From: Thermoplasmatota archaeon | Lineage (GTDB): Archaea; Thermoplasmatota; E2; JACPAO01; JAHFTW01 | Assembly (NCBI GenBank): GCA_041601615.1 | Contig: JBFIHX010000001.1 | Coordinates: forward strand, 224,001-288,000 | Reading direction: 5' to 3' | DNA: 64,000 bases | Shown here: piece after piece, positions 9,708 through 20,428 of the stretch | How positions within the stretch are numbered: the stretch's first letter is position 1 | How the letters are laid out: each line of letters starts with the position of its first letter | Notes under the pieces: model-generated | Seen by the model: only the letters and a program-made list of their open reading frames with translations | Databases searched by the model: none | What the model was told of the DNA's origin: nothing | Position numbers and translations under genes: made by a program

Positions 9708-10495
9708 CAGCTCTGCGACCCACGCACCGTCTGAACCACCTTCGACTGCACTTTCGTCACTTGCCACTGCCGGGCTAGGTCGCGCACTTGCACCTCTGCC
9801 GCTGCCGCGTCCCACGTTAGGCCGTGCTCCACGGAGACCAAGACCAGGCCCTCCGCTGGCGCCTTGCTGAAGGACTTGTGTTTGTGCTGGGTCGCTAAGC
9901 CGCTCCTGATGTCGGCCACCGCCGCGTCGCCACGACCCACCACAAGCGCGGCACTGACCATGCGGCGCACTTGATTCCAGAGGAAACTCTTGCCTTGGAC
10001 CGTAAACAGCCAGTCGGCACCATCCTGTTGCACCTCGCAACGCAATATTTCCCGCACGGGGTCGCGGTCCTCATCCAGTCGCGCAAAAGCCCCCATGTGG
10101 TGCTTGCCAAGAAACGCCGCGCACGCATCCTGCATCCGTTTCAGGTCCTCGCCCTGGCCCGGCGCATGGTAGTGGTAGGTGCGACTGGCTGCAAAACGCG
10201 GATTCCACTGTTCATCCACTTCGCACGCGGCGGTGAGCCAGAGGCCGTCGGGCAAATGCGCGCAAACGGCAGGCACGAGGCCGTTCAAGTGCTGGCGATC
10301 GAGTTGAGCGCCGAGCACATTCTCCAAGGCACTGACTCCCTTGTCCGTGCGGCTGCCACTGCGCAGAGAATCCTTTACGTATCCCTCCTTGCGAAGCCCC
10401 CGAATCAGCAGCGATTCCACAGTGTCCGGAATGGACGGATCGCGCTGATACGCGCCGAATCGACCGTCGTACGCAATGCGCAAGGCCACATGCAC
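9707..10495 (-). CDS. truA: tRNA pseudouridine(38-40) synthase
   Basis: VALRIAYDG, GSRTDKGVSA (catalytic Asp), FLWNQVRRMV and APAEGLVL. TATA-like CTATAAAT (minus strand, 10517-10524) upstream. Confidence 0.92.
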   Translation of the reverse strand: MHVALRIAYDGRFGAYQRDPSIPDTVESLLIRGLRKEGYVKDSLRSGSRTDKGVSALENVLGAQLDRQHLNGLVPAVCAHLPDGLWLTAACEVDEQWNPRFAASRTYHYHAPGQGEDLKRMQDACAAFLGKHHMGAFARLDEDRDPVREILRCEVQQDGADWLFTVQGKSFLWNQVRRMVSAALVVGRGDAAVADIRSGLATQHKHKSFSKAPAEGLVLVSVEHGLTWDAAAAEVQVRDLARQWQVTKVQSKVVQTVRGSQS

Positions 10496-10581
10496 GATGC
10501 GGCCACCCACGCCCAGATTTATAGGCCGTGGCGACGCCCGAAAACGGCCCCACCCAGTCGCATCGTGTCCCGATTGCCTAA

Positions 10582-11592
10582 ATGGACCCGCGCCCATTCC
10601 ACACCGTGTCCCGCGTCGTCGTTACCTGGACCCCGCAAGCCGGGGAACGCGAGGTCGTCGAAGAAAATCTTGGCGACGACGCAGAATGGGCCACGGACGG
10701 CGCGGACGCATGCAAAGCAGAGGGACTCCTGATGTTCTGGCCGCGCCAGGAACTTCGCGCGCTGGGCCTCGAATGGAACGAACTCGCTGCGGGATGGGTA
10801 AAACTTGCAACCGCCGGCGCCAACCACGTCGGCTGGCACCCCGGCCCACCCATGCCTGTCCTCACCACCCCCGGCGCCACGGCCCCAGCCATCGCCGAAT
10901 ACATCCTCGCCAACATTCTCTCCTGGACACGAGGACTCACCGCACACACGCGAAGCATCCGTGGCGGCCACTTTGAACAAGGAGCGCCCATACGCGGACT
11001 CTCCGAATTGCGCATCGGCCTCGTGGGCTACGGCGGCATCGGGCAAGAAACCGCCCGCATCTTGCACTTGCTTGGAGCAACCGTGGAAGCAGTCAGCCGC
11101 AGCGGCAAAACCACCTCCGAAGCAAGAAAGAACATCAGCCACCTTGCCACCATCCAGGAACTCCCCGCCATGGCCGGCCGCGTGGATGTGCTCGTGCTGT
11201 GCCTGCCGCTGCACAAAGACACCGTCGGCCTCGTAGATGCTGCCCTACTCGAAGCATTCGCAGACGGACTCCTTGTCAATGTGTCCCGAGGCCCCGTAGT
11301 CGACGAAGACGCCCTCTACACTTGGCTCCACACAGACAAAACCCGCCGCGCCGCCGCACTCGACGTATGGTGGCGCTACCCCCGCGGCATCGGCTGGCCC
11401 TTCCGACGCCCCTTCGACCAATTGCCCAACATCACCATGACCCCCCACAACAGCCCCAACATCGCAGGCTTCCGACTCGGCATGCTCGAGGCAGCATGCA
11501 AAGATATCCGCGCGCTGCTTGACGGCGGAGACCTTGCACATGTGGCAGACCCCGAGGCACACCGGTTGGAGATTGAAGGGGATGGGCGCTGA
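10582..11592 (+). CDS. D-isomer-specific 2-hydroxyacid dehydrogenase family protein
   Basis: GLVGYGGIG Rossmann motif, LVNVSRGPVVDE, AALDVW and TPH. Confidence 0.88.
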   Translation: MDPRPFHTVSRVVVTWTPQAGEREVVEENLGDDAEWATDGADACKAEGLLMFWPRQELRALGLEWNELAAGWVKLATAGANHVGWHPGPPMPVLTTPGATAPAIAEYILANILSWTRGLTAHTRSIRGGHFEQGAPIRGLSELRIGLVGYGGIGQETARILHLLGATVEAVSRSGKTTSEARKNISHLATIQELPAMAGRVDVLVLCLPLHKDTVGLVDAALLEAFADGLLVNVSRGPVVDEDALYTWLHTDKTRRAAALDVWWRYPRGIGWPFRRPFDQLPNITMTPHNSPNIAGFRLGMLEAACKDIRALLDGGDLAHVADPEAHRLEIEGDGR

Positions 11593-11605
11593 AGGCCGTG
11601 AAATC

Positions 11606-11910
11606 CTACAACCCCACCATCTTCATCGACATCTCTGCCACTCGACAGGCGTAGCCCCATCCATTCGACCTTCAAAAAGATCGACCATTTTGGGCGGCCC
11701 TCGCCCCGCTCGACCACCCGGGCAACGTCAACCTGCCATCTTCATCGCCATCTCTGCCACTCGACAGGCGTAGCCCCATCCATTCGACCTTCAAAAAGAT
11801 CGACCATTTTGGGCGGCCCTCGCTCCGCTCGACCACCCGGGCAACGTCAACCTGCCATCTTCATCGCCATTTCTGCGACCCGACACGCATACCCCCATTC
11901 ATTGTCGTAC
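11606..11910. repeat. 119-bp tandem repeat (about 2.5 units) containing copies of the gap 3' end
   Basis: Equivalent positions at 11641, 11760 and 11879; each unit reads WGYACRVAEMxMKM on the minus strand. Confidence 0.95.
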
Positions 11911-12848
11911 CATGCGAGTACCTTGACCATGTCGTCATTGAGCTGGAGTGCCGGCAGGTCCACCACCGCGGACCTTGGATCATGCGTGAAGTCTACGGAC
12001 ACCAGCGGCGCCTCCTCGATACCCAGAATGCCCTCCATTGGCCCAAACGCGGCGGCCCGGAACGCTTCCTCTAGATCCTCCTTGCTTGGCGATCGTTTCA
12101 GATGGGCCGTGAGGTCAATGACGCTCACATCCGCCGTCGGTACGCGCAGAGATTGGCCCGTGATGCGGCCGTCCAAGTGGGGCAATATCTTGCCGATGGC
12201 TGCTGCGGCGCCGGTCTTTGTTGGAATCATGCTCAATAGGCTTCCACGGGCCCGGCGCAGGTCCTTGTGCGGTGCATCTGCGACGTGCTGGTCGTTGGTT
12301 ACCGCGTGCACCGTGGTCATCATGCCGCGATGGACTCCAAACGCATCGTCGAGGACCTTCAGAACGGGTGCTAGGCAATTTGTGGTGCAACTGGCGTTGC
12401 TGACCAAGTAGTGTTTGCTCGGGTCGTACTGGTCATCGTTGACGCCCCGCACCACCATGAGGTCTGTGTCTCCTGGCGCGGTGAGCAAAACTCGGTCCGC
12501 CCCTGCGTCTAGGTGCTTTTGCAGTGCTGGCCGCGTGGTGTGCCTGCCGCTTGCCTCGATCACCACTTGGGCGCCGAGATCTTGCCAGGGCAACTGGGCG
12601 GGATCAGGAATTTGCAGCACGCGTAGTCGGTCGCCGCCAATGACAAGCCCGTCGTCCGTTACTTCCACGGAGTCTGGGTAGCGGCCGTGCACGGAGTCAT
12701 AGCGAGTCAAATGCGCTAGAACTTCCTTGTCGGTCAGGTCGTTGACCGCCACGAAATCCACTGGACCCATTTGCTGCAACGCTCTCGTAACGAGTCGCCC
12801 GATGCGCCCAAAGCCGTTGATGCCGATGCGGGGCCCCTCGCCATTCAT
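11847..12848 (-). CDS. gap: Glyceraldehyde-3-phosphate dehydrogenase, class I (bacterial/eukaryotic type)
   Basis: INGFGRIGR, SNASCTTNCLAP, PTKTGAA, RVPT and WYDNEWGY. Confidence 0.96.
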   Translation of the reverse strand: MNGEGPRIGINGFGRIGRLVTRALQQMGPVDFVAVNDLTDKEVLAHLTRYDSVHGRYPDSVEVTDDGLVIGGDRLRVLQIPDPAQLPWQDLGAQVVIEASGRHTTRPALQKHLDAGADRVLLTAPGDTDLMVVRGVNDDQYDPSKHYLVSNASCTTNCLAPVLKVLDDAFGVHRGMMTTVHAVTNDQHVADAPHKDLRRARGSLLSMIPTKTGAAAAIGKILPHLDGRITGQSLRVPTADVSVIDLTAHLKRSPSKEDLEEAFRAAAFGPMEGILGIEEAPLVSVDFTHDPRSAVVDLPALQLNDDMVKVLAWYDNEWGYACRVAEMAMKMAG

Positions 12849-12985
12849 GCACTAGATTCGCCTTCCCGCGATGAAAAGCCTTGGGTCCGCGATGCTCCAC
12901 TTGGGCACGCAGCACATTGCAACTTGGGGCGAGCGGGCGTCCAACTGGGCCGTGAAGGGCCAAGCTCGGAGCTTCTGTTCGATTG

Positions 12986-13924
12986 CTAGTGCGCGGCTTG
13001 CTCTTCCAGCCACCGCTCGGCATCGATGGCCGCCTTGCAGCCACTACCTGCCGCGGTGATTGCTTGGCGGTAGCGGTGGTCGAACACGTCGCCAGCCACG
13101 AAGACGCCGGGAATGCTGGTGCGGGTCTGGTTGGTGCCCTCGGGAACCAAGTAGCCGGCTTCGTCCATGTGCAATTGGCCCTTGAACAGCTTCGTGTTGG
13201 GGTTGTGGCCGATGGCGACAAAGAAACCGTCCGCCGCCTGCTTGGTTTTCTCTTCCGTTTCGAGATTCACAATGGAGACACCCTCGACCTTGTCCTCTCC
13301 AAGCACTTCGTCGATGGCGCTGTTCCAGACGATGTCGATTTTTGGGTGTTCCATGGCGCGCTTGGCCATGATTTTGCTGGCACGGAACTCGTCCCGGCGG
13401 TGCACGATGGTGACCTTGGAAGCGTACTTGGTGAGGAACGTGGCTTCCTCCATGGCCGTGTCGCCTCCGCCCACGACGATGACTTCCTTGTCTTTGAAGA
13501 AGAAGCCGTCGCAGGTGGCGCAGGCGCTCACACCGCGGCCCATGAGGCGTTTTTCCGAATCGAGTCCGAGCCACTTGGCGCTGCTGCCGGTGGCGACGAT
13601 GACGGTCTTGCTGAGGTACACCTTGCCGCCGGCCTTGACTTGGAACGGTTTGACGCTAAAATCCACTTCCGTGGCGTCCTCTTCGACGAACGTGGCACCG
13701 AAGCGCTCCGCTTGGCGTCGCAGGTCCGCCATCATGTCTGGGCCCGTGATTCCGTCGGGGTATCCGGGGAAGTTTTCCACGTCGCTCGTCAACATCAACT
13801 GGCCGCCCGCCTCGAAGCCGGCAATCACCTTGGTCGATAGGTAGGCCCGGCTTGCATACAGGGCTGCAGTGCAGCCTGCGGGACCGCTGCCAATCACCAG
13901 GACGTCGAACACCTCGTCGCTCAC
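12986..13924 (-). CDS. trxB: Thioredoxin-disulfide reductase
   Basis: GSGPAG, GGQL, VSACATCDG, GGGDTAMEEA, HRRDEFRAS and YRQAITAAGSG. Confidence 0.96.
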   Translation of the reverse strand: MSDEVFDVLVIGSGPAGCTAALYASRAYLSTKVIAGFEAGGQLMLTSDVENFPGYPDGITGPDMMADLRRQAERFGATFVEEDATEVDFSVKPFQVKAGGKVYLSKTVIVATGSSAKWLGLDSEKRLMGRGVSACATCDGFFFKDKEVIVVGGGDTAMEEATFLTKYASKVTIVHRRDEFRASKIMAKRAMEHPKIDIVWNSAIDEVLGEDKVEGVSIVNLETEEKTKQAADGFFVAIGHNPNTKLFKGQLHMDEAGYLVPEGTNQTRTSIPGVFVAGDVFDHRYRQAITAAGSGCKAAIDAERWLEEQAAH

Positions 13925-13993
13925 GACGCGTGCCAGTCCAGCATCGCCTTTGGCGGTTTGGGTCAGTGCCGGCCCATTCCGGAACCGAATCGC

Positions 13994-15109
13994 TCAGCGA
14001 GACTTGCCGCCAAACGCCTGCACAGCCGATTGCGCCTGGACGAGGCCGTATCCGGCGGCGCGGTCGTGGGGCGTGTCTTGGCCGTTCAATTCGAGCGCCG
14101 TGTCCATCAAGACGCGCTTGACTTGGTTCACTTCTGCGGCGTTGCGCAAGCGGGGTTTGTCCTCCAGCATCAGCGCAATGACTGCGGCCACGAAAGGAGT
14201 CGCCTGGCTGGTGCCGCTGGCGCGCACATATTGATCACCGCTCCAAGCGCTAAGAATGAATGTCCCAGGCGCCACGACCTCCGGCTTCTGATCCGGCGCG
14301 CATCGGCTCTGGTCCAGGATCGGGGCTGCATTGCAGCGGTTTTTGTCCGCGTCGCCTCGGTTGCTAAAGCTTGCCACGCGGCCATCGTCGTTCATGGCGC
14401 CCACGGCGATGACTTCAGGAATGCTGGCGGGAAACGCCACGTCGTCCGTGTCGGGGCCATCGTTGCCGGCAGCCGCAACCACCACGACGCCGCGGCTGAC
14501 CGCGCCTGCCACTGCTTCTTCCATGGCTTGCACGGCGGGGTCTTGACTTCCAAAGAACTCCTCCAGAAGCCCCTTTTGCAGGAGGCCTCCCAAGGAGAGA
14601 CTGATGATTTGGGCGTTGTGCTGGTTCACGGCCCAGTCCACGGCATCGGCGATCGCGTTGCCGTCGCAGGTTTCGCCCTTGGCATCGCAGACGCGAGCCA
14701 CAACGAGGCGCACATTGGGCGCGGCTCCGTAGAGATCGACGCCGCCGTTGACGAGCTTATCACCGAAGCTGCTGCCCTTGGCGCTGATGATGCCGGAAAC
14801 ATGGCTGCCATGCCCGTCCGGATCAAACGCCTCTGAAACCCCTTGCGCGGTGCCCAGGAAGTCTCGGAATGCAATGATTTCTCCGTTGGTCTCGTCGCCG
14901 TCCACAAGGTGATCGAGGCTCGGGTGCCGGGTGTCGATTCCGGTGTCCAGAATCGCAATGATGACGCCGGCTCCCGTGAGGCCGTCGGCGCGGACGGAGT
15001 CAATCTGGGTGACTTCAAAGGCCCACTCGGTGCGCTTCTCGCCGCCGACGCAACCGGAGATGGCCACCGTCAGAAGGGCGAGTGCGAGCACGGGGGCAAG
15101 CAGCTTCAT
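13994..15109 (-). CDS. Subtilisin-like S8 serine peptidase, lipoprotein
   Basis: Lipobox ISGC; catalytic triad motifs ILDTGID, HGSHVSG and SGTSQATP. Confidence 0.92.
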   Translation of the reverse strand: MKLLAPVLALALLTVAISGCVGGEKRTEWAFEVTQIDSVRADGLTGAGVIIAILDTGIDTRHPSLDHLVDGDETNGEIIAFRDFLGTAQGVSEAFDPDGHGSHVSGIISAKGSSFGDKLVNGGVDLYGAAPNVRLVVARVCDAKGETCDGNAIADAVDWAVNQHNAQIISLSLGGLLQKGLLEEFFGSQDPAVQAMEEAVAGAVSRGVVVVAAAGNDGPDTDDVAFPASIPEVIAVGAMNDDGRVASFSNRGDADKNRCNAAPILDQSRCAPDQKPEVVAPGTFILSAWSGDQYVRASGTSQATPFVAAVIALMLEDKPRLRNAAEVNQVKRVLMDTALELNGQDTPHDRAAGYGLVQAQSAVQAFGGKSR

Positions 15110-15147
15110 CGGAACCTCCGATGGTCTTGTTGCTGAAACCTGTTGCG

Positions 15148-15486
15148 TCACAGGCCCATCATCAATGCCACGTCAGCGACCACCGGCATGCGGTAGCGTT
15201 CGCCGAGAAGGACCTTGAAGATTCCAATGAGCGCCAGCAGCGCGTAGAGGCCCGTGACAAGGAAGATGCCACCGATCATGATGGTCTCCACGATGCCCAC
15301 CTTGACAAGGAGCAGTACGATGAAGAACACCAGGAGAAGCACGAGCCAGAGTCCGAACAGAACGCCGCCCTGGCGGGCGTGGAACTGCAGGAAAATGCTG
15401 TCCTTCTTGACCTTCAAAGGAATGACGAAGAAGATCGCCAAGTAGCTCAGTACACCAAGTGCGCGTTCGCCGCCACTGATCCGCAT
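15148..15486 (-). CDS. DUF4870-like small membrane protein
   Basis: LSYL...IPL...FLQFHARQG...G-ERYRMPVV pattern with three TM segments. Confidence 0.75.
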   Translation of the reverse strand: MRISGGERALGVLSYLAIFFVIPLKVKKDSIFLQFHARQGGVLFGLWLVLLLVFFIVLLLVKVGIVETIMIGGIFLVTGLYALLALIGIFKVLLGERYRMPVVADVALMMGL

Positions 15487-15520
15487 GGACAGGCGTTCGA
15501 TTCGGGCGTGGTTCTTAGGG

Positions 15521-16252
15521 TTATTGAAGAGGAAGCTTGTCCCACGAGCCGGCCAGAATACGCGGAATCGCCTCCCCCACGGGCTCCCGAAGTACGTGTG
15601 TGGCGCGAGCATCGTAGGGCGTCGCTTCCTGGTTGATCAGCACCACATCCGCGCCGCTTTCCAGGGCAAGATCCACGAGTCCGGCCGCCGGGTGCACTTG
15701 CAGGCTCGTGCCCGCCACCAACAACGTTCCTGCACCCTGCACGAGTGCCGCTGCCCGTTGTAGGCGCGTGACAGGCTCTCCAAACAGCACCACGTCGGGT
15801 TTCAGCAGGCCTCGACACTGCAAACAACGTGGCGCCTGCCCCTCGACGCGGCGCGCTAGGACCGCCTCCGTTGGCTCCTTGCGGGGGCATCCAAGGCACG
15901 CGACCCAGGCGCCGTTGCCGTGTAATTCAACGAGGCAGGCGGCAGGTGTTCCGGCCTTGGAGTGCAATCCGTCCACGTTCTGCGTCACAATCGCCGATAC
16001 GATCCCGGCCTGCGCCGCCTGGGCGAGGGCGATGTGCGCCGCGTTTGGCGCGGCATCGAGGTAGTCCATGGCGGCGATGAGTCGGGCGCGGCGGTCCCAA
16101 AAACGGGCGGGGTCCTGGTGGAATCGTTGGATGGTGAACTCCATCGCGTCAAATCGCTCCCAAACACCGCCGGGGCTGCGAAAATCAGGAATGCCACTGG
16201 CGGTACTGATGCCGGCACCCGTGAGCGCCACCACGGGGCCTCGAAGGTTCAC
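15521..16252 (-). CDS. cobB: NAD-dependent protein deacylase, Sir2/CobB family
   Basis: TGAGISTASGIPDFR, TQNVDGLH, ELHG, CxxC...CxxC, KPDVVLFGE and GTSLQVHPAA. Confidence 0.92.
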   Translation of the reverse strand: MNLRGPVVALTGAGISTASGIPDFRSPGGVWERFDAMEFTIQRFHQDPARFWDRRARLIAAMDYLDAAPNAAHIALAQAAQAGIVSAIVTQNVDGLHSKAGTPAACLVELHGNGAWVACLGCPRKEPTEAVLARRVEGQAPRCLQCRGLLKPDVVLFGEPVTRLQRAAALVQGAGTLLVAGTSLQVHPAAGLVDLALESGADVVLINQEATPYDARATHVLREPVGEAIPRILAGSWDKLPLQ

Positions 16253-16290
16253 AAAGGGGAGAGGGAGGGTAAGGAAAAAGTCCTAGCGAC

Positions 16291-17106
16291 CTAGGCAGGG
16301 GCCGAGTCGAGGGCACCGCAGGCGTCCTGGAGGATCGGCTTGACCTGGCGAGCCCAGGCTTCCCATTCTTCCACGACGGTCTCGATTTCCTTCTTCTCGC
16401 CTTCGAGGTCTTCGTAGACGCGGTACAGCTTGGCGAGGCGCTCGCGTTCCTCATCGAGGAGCTTTTCGAGTTCGCCCACGCGGCCGGCGTCGGCTTCTAC
16501 TTCTCGAAGGTCGCGCACTTCGCGTTCCATGCGCTGGATGTGTTCCTGGGTCTTTTCCAGTTGCACTTCCATGCGGTCCGCGTCCTGTTCGAGCTTGCGG
16601 TGGTCGCGCAGGAGGTTCTCGTAGTCCTCCTTGTATTGGCCGAGCCCTTGCAGGCGGGCAATCTCGCGCTTTTGGGATTCGACGAGGCGTTCGCGCTCGA
16701 AGAGCTTCTCTTCCATCAAGGGGTAGTCACGCTTGAGGCGGTCCAGTTCGTCCTCTTGGCTCTTGTAGGCGTCCCAGAGTTTGCGCAGGCGTTCTTGCTC
16801 GGTTTCCAGTTCGCGCTCGGTGCGCTGAACGCGGCCTTCCGAATCGAGGCTGGCGTTTTCGAGCTCCTCGATGCGAACCTCCAGTTCTTCGATGCTTGCA
16901 AGGAGGTTTTCGAGGTATCCGGTGCCAAGCATGCCCCGGATGCGTTCCAAGCTCTCTGCTTCTTGGCGGGCTTGGTCACGAACGAGGGCGATCTCCGACG
17001 CCACTTCCGTGAGGTTTTTCTTGATCTCGTCAGCGCCGGCCCGCGAGGTGGACCGGGTCGTGCGCGTCGTGGTGGTGCGGCGTTCGATGGAGCGGGCCAT
17101 GGGCAT
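16291..17106 (-). CDS. Long coiled-coil protein
   Basis: E/R/L/K-rich heptads with a repeated ExERLxKL(W/Y)xxY motif. Confidence 0.75.
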   Translation of the reverse strand: MPMARSIERRTTTTRTTRSTSRAGADEIKKNLTEVASEIALVRDQARQEAESLERIRGMLGTGYLENLLASIEELEVRIEELENASLDSEGRVQRTERELETEQERLRKLWDAYKSQEDELDRLKRDYPLMEEKLFERERLVESQKREIARLQGLGQYKEDYENLLRDHRKLEQDADRMEVQLEKTQEHIQRMEREVRDLREVEADAGRVGELEKLLDEERERLAKLYRVYEDLEGEKKEIETVVEEWEAWARQVKPILQDACGALDSAPA

Positions 17107-17197
17107 TCCTTGCGTAGGAAGCCAGATGACGGCTGTAAATAAGGGCTCGGATTCTTCCAGGAGGGAGCAGGGCCGAGCCCTGGGCAATCAGGTCGGT

Positions 17198-17641
17198 TCA
17201 GCCCACTTCAGGCGAATCGGTCGGCATGGCCGGCAATGCGCCTTCTGCTTGTGCGTCCTTTTGGCCGACGCGCACTTGCGGCAATGGGATGGGCGGAGGC
17301 ATGCGGACGATCTTCGACAATCCGACTGCTTCGGGAAGGCACGCGGCGAGAATTCCCTGGTGCACTTGTTGGGCAATTTCGGGAGGCAGTGCGCGCTTGG
17401 CGTTCCATTCCACCATGGCGTCGTCTGCCTCGGGGCCGGTCCAGGTGAGTGTCCCTTCGGCTTTGATGACTCCGAGGGCACCGTAGCTCGTGGTGAATTG
17501 GAATTCCACGGCGAGTTTTTGCTCGTCTTGGACGACGTTGGCCAAGTGGGAATTGTGGTCGATGCGGATTTGCACCTTGCCAGCGGCGTCCTGGTATCGG
17601 CGCGCCTCCACGGACTTGAGGGCGACATTCGTGACGGGCAC
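17198..17641 (-). CDS. Conserved archaeal protein, possible SecB-like fold
   Basis: Beta strands followed by a helix and C-terminal MPPPIPLPQV. Confidence 0.65.
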   Translation of the reverse strand: MPVTNVALKSVEARRYQDAAGKVQIRIDHNSHLANVVQDEQKLAVEFQFTTSYGALGVIKAEGTLTWTGPEADDAMVEWNAKRALPPEIAQQVHQGILAACLPEAVGLSKIVRMPPPIPLPQVRVGQKDAQAEGALPAMPTDSPEVG

Positions 17642-17842
17642 GGGCCGGCCGATGGGGGGTTGGTGGAAAAGGGGTGCGGGAGAGGCACCCGAAACAATAG
17701 GGGCCGTGGCGTGGCGCGAGGTGGTGAAGGAGGTGGGAAAGAAGGCGAGAAAGGAAGCTGGGAGGAGGCGGAGGAAGAGGTACCGTCAATTCAGAGCGGT
17801 TCGGCCCCGAACAAGTCATGTGAATTGGCGAGCAAACTTTGC

Positions 17843-18394
17843 CTAGTTGGTGAGGCTGCGAACAAGTTGCGCCATTCGGGTGGGCACAGTCCGGCATACT
17901 TGCAGACAGCGGGCATATTCGTCCTTACACGCCGCATTGCACACATCGTACCAGTAGTCGCATAAGTCGGGGATGGAGATCGACATCACACCGTTCGTGG
18001 CATTCTTGCACTCAACGTAGGTTTTGTAACAGACCTTCAAGCACTCTTCGTAGGCTTCGAAGCATTGACGCTCGCAGGTCGGGGCGCTTGTCTCTCCAAA
18101 GGTCGGGCCGTCGGTTTGCGCCTCGTCGTCGCCAGCTCGGCTGGACGCCGCATGCATGGCGGCCAGGAACTTGGCAAACACTTCGCTTCTCGAGGCTTCT
18201 GCGTCGCCGTCGGCCAAGTCCAAAATGTCGTTGACCAAATCTTGGGACAAGACGCCTGCCACGACGGCGAGGTCGAGGGACGCCCGAAGTTCATCCGTGA
18301 TTTCCACGGGTGTTCCCACGGATTGGGCTTGGGAGGTGGGCATAAGGAGAGCCACGAGAGCTACTGCGATGATGGTGCGATGAATTGTGCTCAT
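17843..18394 (-). CDS. Secreted cysteine-rich protein
   Basis: Signal peptide, acidic helical region and C-terminal 10-Cys domain. Confidence 0.7.
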   Translation of the reverse strand: MSTIHRTIIAVALVALLMPTSQAQSVGTPVEITDELRASLDLAVVAGVLSQDLVNDILDLADGDAEASRSEVFAKFLAAMHAASSRAGDDEAQTDGPTFGETSAPTCERQCFEAYEECLKVCYKTYVECKNATNGVMSISIPDLCDYWYDVCNAACKDEYARCLQVCRTVPTRMAQLVRSLTN

Positions 18395-18689
18395 GCAGCA
18401 AGGAAACGGTTAGGACCCTATTATAACTTCACGATGGAACGCGGATATTTTTGTTCAGTCAAAATTTTTCACTTATCCATAGGGGGGCCTTTATGCACTT
18501 ATATCCTAAAATGGGAGCATTCGGGAGGCATTCGAGCTCCACATCGGCCAGGGCCCAATCCCCCTCAACCGCCCACTCCGCCGCCCAAGATTCTTGCGGA
18601 TTTTGATGGCCAATCAACTCCGATTCAGGAGCAGATAGGAAGTGCCCGGCGGGGGCGGCGCGGAAGGTGCGATGCAAGTCCACAAATAG

Positions 18690-20363
<1,674 letters not shown>

Positions 20364-20428
20364 ACAACCCCGTTCGACGGTGATGGGGCAATCACTGCCC
20401 TTAGGAGGTCCTGCTGTGTGCCGCGCTC

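Noticed and set aside
11606-11910. Diversity-generating retroelement TR/VR pair or CRISPR array
   Set aside because: Differences are not adenine-specific, no reverse transcriptase or cas gene is present, and the inter-copy sequence is repeated rather than being a unique spacer.
11606-11910. attL/attR of an integrated element in gap
   Set aside because: Only about 60 bp separate the copies and no integrase or cargo is present. An excised-element scar cannot be excluded but is unsupported.
15521-17641. Sir2-based anti-phage system
   Set aside because: The protein is a canonical zinc-binding CobB-type deacylase with no HerA, pAgo or TIR partner nearby.
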